Assembly: GCA_965228475.1 (NCBI GenBank)
Contig: OZ245817.1
Location: 2,080,001-2,144,000 of the forward strand
DNA from: Myxococcota bacterium
GTDB taxonomy: Bacteria; Myxococcota_A; UBA9160; JAFDDA01
DNA: 64,000 bases
Reading direction: 5' to 3'
Shown here: positions 59,464 to 64,000 of the stretch, in pieces
Position numbering within the stretch: position 1 is the stretch's first letter
How the letters are laid out: each line of letters begins with the position of its first letter
Notes under the pieces: model-generated
The model's input: the letters and a program-made list of their open reading frames with translations, nothing else
Told to the model about the DNA's origin: nothing
Databases searched by the model: none
Translations under genes and position numbers: made by a program

Positions 59464-62400
59464 CTAGCGGCGCCGGGCGGCTCCCGCTCGGGCGTTCTCG
59501 ACGAGCTCGCCGACGTCCCACCGTGCCGGCAGGCGGACGCGCTCGCCATCCCGGGTGCGGAAGATCAGGTGGCCCTCGCGCGCAGCGAACTCGAACAGCT
59601 CGCGCAGGATCTCGACGTCCCGCCGGCAGTACGCCTCGACCTGATCGCGCTTGCCCTCCCGCCACCAGGTGATCGATTGGAGCCCGTCGCCGGACTTGCC
59701 GACGCCGAGGGTCTCCTCGGCCAGGTGGGCCAGGGGCAGCCGATAGCCGAGCCGCGCGTGGATGGCGTCGAGCATGTCGAAGGTCGGGAGCTTGCGGAGG
59801 TCCTGGTCCGTGTAGCCGCGCAGGACGCGGTAGTCGAAGCGCGCGATGTTGAAGCCGGCGACGAGATCCGCGGCCTCGAGCTGCTCGATCAGGGCCGGGA
59901 CGTCTCCTTCGAAGAACGTGCGGTACTCGCCCGTCGAGGAATCCCAGGTCACGCCGAGGGCGACCCGCATGAGGTGCGTGTTGTGCCAGCCGCCGACCTC
60001 CTCGGCGCTGCGCTGGGTCTCGAGGTCGAAGAAGACCATGCGCGGTGCGGGCGCCTCGGGCTCCTCTTCGGGCGGCTCGGCGGGGGCGGCGCCGACGCTT
60101 TCCTTCGCGAGACCGGCCAGGGGCGGTTCGAGCGCGGGCAGCGGGGCGTGGCCGAGCAGCAGCTCGAGGGTGCGGAGGGCGGCTGCCTTGTCGAGGGGGC
60201 GATTGCCGCTTCCGCAGCGCGGCGAGTGGATGCACGCCGGGCAGCCCTCCTCGCACGCGCACTCGCCGATGCGTTCGCGCGTCGCTTCGAGCAGGGTCTC
60301 GAAGCGGTCGAACAGGCTCGAGACGAGGCCGAGGCCGCCGGGCGCGCCGTCGTAGAGGAAGATGGCCGCCTTCTTCAGCTGGGGATGGTGCTTGTGCGAG
60401 ATGCCCGCGACGTCGAGCCGGTCGCACAGGGCGAAGAGCGGGAAGAGTCCGAGCGCCGCGTGCTCGACGGCGTGGATGCCGCCCATCACGTGGCCCTTGT
60501 CCGCTTCGACGGCGGCGGGGATCTCGTCCGGGATCTCGAGCCAGACCCCCGTCGTCTCGAAGGAGCTCGGCGGGAGATCGAGGGGCTCGGTGCCGAGCAG
60601 GTCCTGGCCGTGGACGCGGCGCCGCTCGAAGCCGCGCAGGAAGGTCGTGACCTTCACGCGGCCCTCGACGAGGCGGAAGTTCCCGGCGGGCCGCGCGCGG
60701 TCGCGGGAGAGGATCTCGGTCTCCTTCTCCGTGAGCGCCCGGGTGTAGTAGTCGACCCGGACCGGCCGCACGCTCACGGTCTGTTCGGTCGAGTCGAGCC
60801 GCGTCACGAGGTACTGGCGCCCGCGGTGGAGGTAGATCGCGCCCTCGTGGCACTCGGCGTGGACGAGGCCGCCGCCGATCGAGCCGATCGTGCGCGGGCG
60901 CGCGCCGTCGCCCGAGACGTCCTGGATCGCGTAGCCCGAGCCGATGTTGCGGAGCGAGACTTCGCGGTGGGGGAGGCGGCGCGCCGGGAACCACTCGCGC
61001 TCGGTCTCGCTGCGCAGGAGGCGGCCTTCCTCCTCGAGCCGGCCGACCGCCTCCGCGACGCGCGGCTCGGCGAACCAGGCTTCGTCGCGCCGCAGGGCGC
61101 TCTCCGCCGCCGCGCAGGGCAGGTGGTTCGAGAGGATCTCGGCGTTGCCCGGATCGACCACGGCATGCTCGTAGGCACGGTCGACGAGCAGCTCCGGGTG
61201 GTCGGCCAGGTACTGGTCGAGGGCGTCCGGCTGGGCGATCAGGGCGATGGCCGCCTCGCGCTCGCGGCCGACGCGCCCGCCGCGCTGCCAGAGCGAGACC
61301 TGGCTGCCCGGGTACCCGACGAGGATGCACACGTCGAGGGCGCCGACGTCGATCCCCATCTCGAGGGCCGAGGTCGAGATCACCCCGAGGAGCTTGCCCG
61401 AGAAGAGCCGCTCCTCGATCTCGCGCCGCTCGGAGGGGAGGAAGCCGGCGCGGTAGGAGCTGATGCGGTCGGCGAGGCCGGGTTCGGCTTCGAGGATCCA
61501 GGTGTGCATCAGCTCGGTGATGCGGCGGGCCTTGGTGAAGGCGAGCGTCCGCAGCCCGGAGCCGACCGCCATGCGGAACAGGCGAGCCGCCGTCGTGTAG
61601 GGCGAGCCGTCCGGGTTCAGCATCCAAAGGTGCCGGCGCGTGCGCGGCGCGCCGTCGCGCACGATGACCTGGAACGGGCGGCCGGTCAGGTCCGAGGCGA
61701 GCTCGCCGGCGTTGGCGATGGTGGCCGAGGCCGCGACGATCTGCGGCTCGCGACCGTGGAAGCGTGCCACGCGCAGGAGCCGGCGGAGCACCTGGGCCAC
61801 GTGCGAGCCGAACACGCCGCGGTAGGCGTGGAGCTCGTCGACCACGACGAAGGACAGCTCGCTGAAGAAGCGCTCCCAGCTCGCGTGGTGCGGGAGGATC
61901 CCGGCGTGCAGCATGTCCGGCGTGGTGATGAGCACGTGCGGCGGGTCCTTGCGGGTCTTGCGCCGTTCGTTCTGGGGCGTGTCGCCGTCGTAGATCGCCG
62001 CACGGACCGGGACGCCCAGGGCCGAGGCGTCGGATTCGAGGCGGCCGAGCTGGTCCCGGGCCAGCGCCTTCAACGGGAACAGGTAGAGGGCCCGGCCCGG
62101 CGGGTCCGAGAGTGCCCCGCGCAGGACGGGGAAGTTGTAGACGAGCGTCTTGCCGCTCGCCGTGGGAGTGGCGAGCGCCACGTTCTCCCCGCGGTTCAAG
62201 GCCTCGAGCGCCCGGGCCTGGTGGACGTAGAGACGCTCGATCCCGCGCCGCTCGAGCAGGGGCTTCAGGAGTTCGAACCCCGCCGGAATCGCCTCGCTGC
62301 ATTCCGCGCCGCGCTCCGGGAGCAGGCGTTCGTGGCACAAGGCTTCGGCGAGCAGCGGGTCGCGCCCGAGCTTTCGTCGGAGATCGGCGATGTCGGCCAA
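59464..62400 (-). CDS. MrfA/Hrq1-like DEAH helicase with DUF1998, fused to a C-terminal YprB/MrfB-like RNase H-fold exonuclease
   Basis: TASGKT, DELH, SAT, ALEMGID and QRGGRVGR; DUF1998 HAVEH, LYD..PGG.G and CACEEGCPAC; C-terminal FFDLET, GFN..FD and YCRRDV. Confidence 0.9.
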   Translation of the reverse strand: MADIADLRRKLGRDPLLAEALCHERLLPERGAECSEAIPAGFELLKPLLERRGIERLYVHQARALEALNRGENVALATPTASGKTLVYNFPVLRGALSDPPGRALYLFPLKALARDQLGRLESDASALGVPVRAAIYDGDTPQNERRKTRKDPPHVLITTPDMLHAGILPHHASWERFFSELSFVVVDELHAYRGVFGSHVAQVLRRLLRVARFHGREPQIVAASATIANAGELASDLTGRPFQVIVRDGAPRTRRHLWMLNPDGSPYTTAARLFRMAVGSGLRTLAFTKARRITELMHTWILEAEPGLADRISSYRAGFLPSERREIEERLFSGKLLGVISTSALEMGIDVGALDVCILVGYPGSQVSLWQRGGRVGREREAAIALIAQPDALDQYLADHPELLVDRAYEHAVVDPGNAEILSNHLPCAAAESALRRDEAWFAEPRVAEAVGRLEEEGRLLRSETEREWFPARRLPHREVSLRNIGSGYAIQDVSGDGARPRTIGSIGGGLVHAECHEGAIYLHRGRQYLVTRLDSTEQTVSVRPVRVDYYTRALTEKETEILSRDRARPAGNFRLVEGRVKVTTFLRGFERRRVHGQDLLGTEPLDLPPSSFETTGVWLEIPDEIPAAVEADKGHVMGGIHAVEHAALGLFPLFALCDRLDVAGISHKHHPQLKKAAIFLYDGAPGGLGLVSSLFDRFETLLEATRERIGECACEEGCPACIHSPRCGSGNRPLDKAAALRTLELLLGHAPLPALEPPLAGLAKESVGAAPAEPPEEEPEAPAPRMVFFDLETQRSAEEVGGWHNTHLMRVALGVTWDSSTGEYRTFFEGDVPALIEQLEAADLVAGFNIARFDYRVLRGYTDQDLRKLPTFDMLDAIHARLGYRLPLAHLAEETLGVGKSGDGLQSITWWREGKRDQVEAYCRRDVEILRELFEFAAREGHLIFRTRDGERVRLPARWDVGELVENARAGAARRR

Positions 62401-62490
62401 GACGCGCCTCTGCGTCCTGGGCGCCCGGGGAGACGGCCGGGCTGGGGGAACGGGAAGTTATCACGTCGGCCTTCCCCTATCCTCCGCGGC

Positions 62491-62943
62491 GTGCGCTGGT
62501 CGCTCCAGGTGCAGTACGGCGTCTACGCCATGTTCGATCTGGCCTACAACGGCCGGGAGGCCCCGGTCCAGGTCCGGGTGATCGGCGAACGGCAGGCCAT
62601 CCCCGCGCGCTACCTCGAGCAGATCTTCCAGCGCCTGCGTCGGGCCGGGCTCGTCCAGGGCAAACGCGGGCCGGGGGGCGGCTATCGGCTCGAGCGCCCG
62701 CCGAAGGAGATCAGCCTGCGCGACGTGGTCGAGGCCATCGAGGGGCCGCTTCGGGAGAGCCTGGTGCCCGAGTCGGACCCCGAGCGCGCGGGGAGCGGAC
62801 TCCGGCCCACCTTCCTGTGGACCCAGCTCGCCGGGCGCCTCGCCGAGGACCTCGCCGGGACGACGCTCGACGATCTCTGCCGCCAGGCCGCCCGCCGCGC
62901 CGTGCCCCGGGCCGACGACGACAGCCACACCTACGTGATTTGA
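62491..62943 (+). CDS. Rrf2 family transcriptional regulator, CymR-like
   Basis: YLEQIFQRLRRAGLV..KRGPGGGY; GTG start; lacks the IscR Cys triad; ends HTYVI. Confidence 0.88.
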   Translation: MRWSLQVQYGVYAMFDLAYNGREAPVQVRVIGERQAIPARYLEQIFQRLRRAGLVQGKRGPGGGYRLERPPKEISLRDVVEAIEGPLRESLVPESDPERAGSGLRPTFLWTQLAGRLAEDLAGTTLDDLCRQAARRAVPRADDDSHTYVI

Positions 62944-62999
62944 GCGGTCCGGACGAGGCCGGCGGGCCCCAAAAGACGCTAGGATCCGCCTCCGCGAGC

Positions 63000-63500
63000 G
63001 TGATCGAGATCGAGCCGCAGCGCGACGCCGTCATGGTCCCCGAGGCCGTGCTCCACGAGATCCGCTCCCACGCCCTGGAGGCGGTCCCGGAGGAGTGCTG
63101 CGGACTCGTGCTGGGCCGGGCTTCGACGGTCGCTGCCTCGCGATTCCGCCGCGTGTACCGCTGCCGAAACGTCATGGACCGAATGCACGAGGAAGACCCG
63201 ATGGGCTTTCCGCGGACGAACCGCGACGCGTTCTACATCGACCCGGCCGAGCTCTTGCGGGCCGCCAAGGACGCCGAGGCGACCGGCCTCGAGGTGACGG
63301 CGGTCTACCACTCCCACGTCGGGGCACGCGCCTACTTTTCGGAGATGGATCAGGCCTACGCCCTGGTCCCGGCATTCCCGTTCCCCAACGCGGACCACGT
63401 CGTCGTCTCGGTGCTCGGCCGTCAGGTCCATGAAGTCGGACTCTTCCGGCAGGTCGAGGGTGCCCTGTCCGGCTTCCGCGTGGCTTCGGTGACGGTGTGA
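63000..63500 (+). CDS. M67/JAB (Mec-like) metallopeptidase
   Basis: PEECCG and JAMM motif YHSH-x7-S-x2-D; start GTG 63000 or TTG 62940. Confidence 0.88.
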   Translation: MIEIEPQRDAVMVPEAVLHEIRSHALEAVPEECCGLVLGRASTVAASRFRRVYRCRNVMDRMHEEDPMGFPRTNRDAFYIDPAELLRAAKDAEATGLEVTAVYHSHVGARAYFSEMDQAYALVPAFPFPNADHVVVSVLGRQVHEVGLFRQVEGALSGFRVASVTV

Positions 63501-64000
63501 CGGAGGCCCGGTCGCCGTCCCTGCAACGCCGCGCCTGCGCGGCGTCGAATCCGCTCGGGCCCGTCCGGGTGCTCGCGGGCCTGATGGCGGGCGCGTGGTT
63601 CGCGCTCGGCTGCGCCGGCAATGCGGTGGTGGTCGAAGAACTCCCCGGGGAGCCGATCGCTTTCATCTACCGGACCCTCGAGGAAGGCCGCGCGCGCGCC
63701 GAGGCGCTCGGGGCCAAGCGCGAGGCTTCGGGGAACGTGCCGATCGGCGCCGGCATGATGAACCTGAACGATGCGGACGAGTACCTGGCGACCATCACGG
63801 GGAACACCCGGCGGGTGCCGAGCCGCCACGATGGACGCGTGGCCTTGCTGTACCCCCGCACCGGGAAGGTGGAGGTGCTCGAGGCGCTCCTGCCCGGAGC
63901 GATTCCCCAGGCCTGGAACGAGCCGCGCACCAAGATGCTCTTCGCGAGCCGCCGCAGCGGCGGCTTCCAGCTCTACGAGTACCGGCTTCCCGATGGACTG
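63497..64000 (+). CDS. Lipoprotein with TolB/PD40-like repeat, partial (runs off the window)
   Basis: Manual translation is open to the edge; lipobox ALGC; LFASRRSGGFQLY resembles a PD40 repeat; GTGA overlap with the upstream gene. Confidence 0.6.
   Translation, partial: MTEARSPSLQRRACAASNPLGPVRVLAGLMAGAWFALGCAGNAVVVEELPGEPIAFIYRTLEEGRARAEALGAKREASGNVPIGAGMMNLNDADEYLATITGNTRRVPSRHDGRVALLYPRTGKVEVLEALLPGAIPQAWNEPRTKMLFASRRSGGFQLYEYRLPDGL

Noticed and set aside
62491..62943. IscR with a neighbouring cysteine desulfurase (isc operon)
   Set aside because: The three Fe-S Cys ligands are absent, the class V enzyme lacks IscS/SufS Cys-loop motifs, and no iscU/suf genes are present
59464..63500. 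Anti-phage system (DISARM/Druantia via DUF1998; CBASS/Bil via JAB)
   Set aside because: No methylase, DrmA/C, cyclase, E1/E2 or ubiquitin-like partners; housekeeping MrfAB and Mec explanations fit better

Overview
Very GC-rich bacterial chromosomal window; the gene content suggests a Myxococcota/deltaproteobacterial-type organism (inference). Left part: wbpB/wbpD/wbpE-like sugar-nucleotide genes, a secreted FG-GAP repeat protein, a GT4, lon, tRNA-Leu(CAG), rnr and a Crp/Fnr regulator. The central ~46 kb (12052-58151) is a Wzx/Wzy-type, PEP-CTERM/exosortase-associated exopolysaccharide locus. It holds a priming transferase, WecB/TagA, several GT2/GT4, Wzx, Wzy-like, Wzz/GumC, a CpsD/CapB kinase, an ExeA ATPase, EpsI, an exosortase and a PEP-CTERM protein. 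Two carrier-protein systems are interleaved with it. The first is an NRPS (C-A[luciferase-like monooxygenase insert]-T, predicted Gly-specific) plus PKS (KS-AT-KR[DH]-ACP-TE), PPTase and SGNH operon. The second is an AurF-like diiron oxygenase, a discrete carrier protein (CTG start, absent from the ORF track) and a DltA-like adenylation enzyme, co-oriented with the flippase. Other highlights: an apparently catalytically dead exosortase paralog coupled to EpsI, an AsnB paralog lacking the glutaminase Cys, and recurrent GTGA-N6-TCAC Crp boxes in intergenic regions. Right end: class V PLP enzyme, MrfA-like DUF1998 helicase fused to an MrfB-like exonuclease, CymR-like Rrf2 regulator, JAB/Mec peptidase and a partial TolB-like lipoprotein. 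No CRISPR array, transposase, integrase or rRNA was seen. All calls come from motif recognition by eye; no database search was run.
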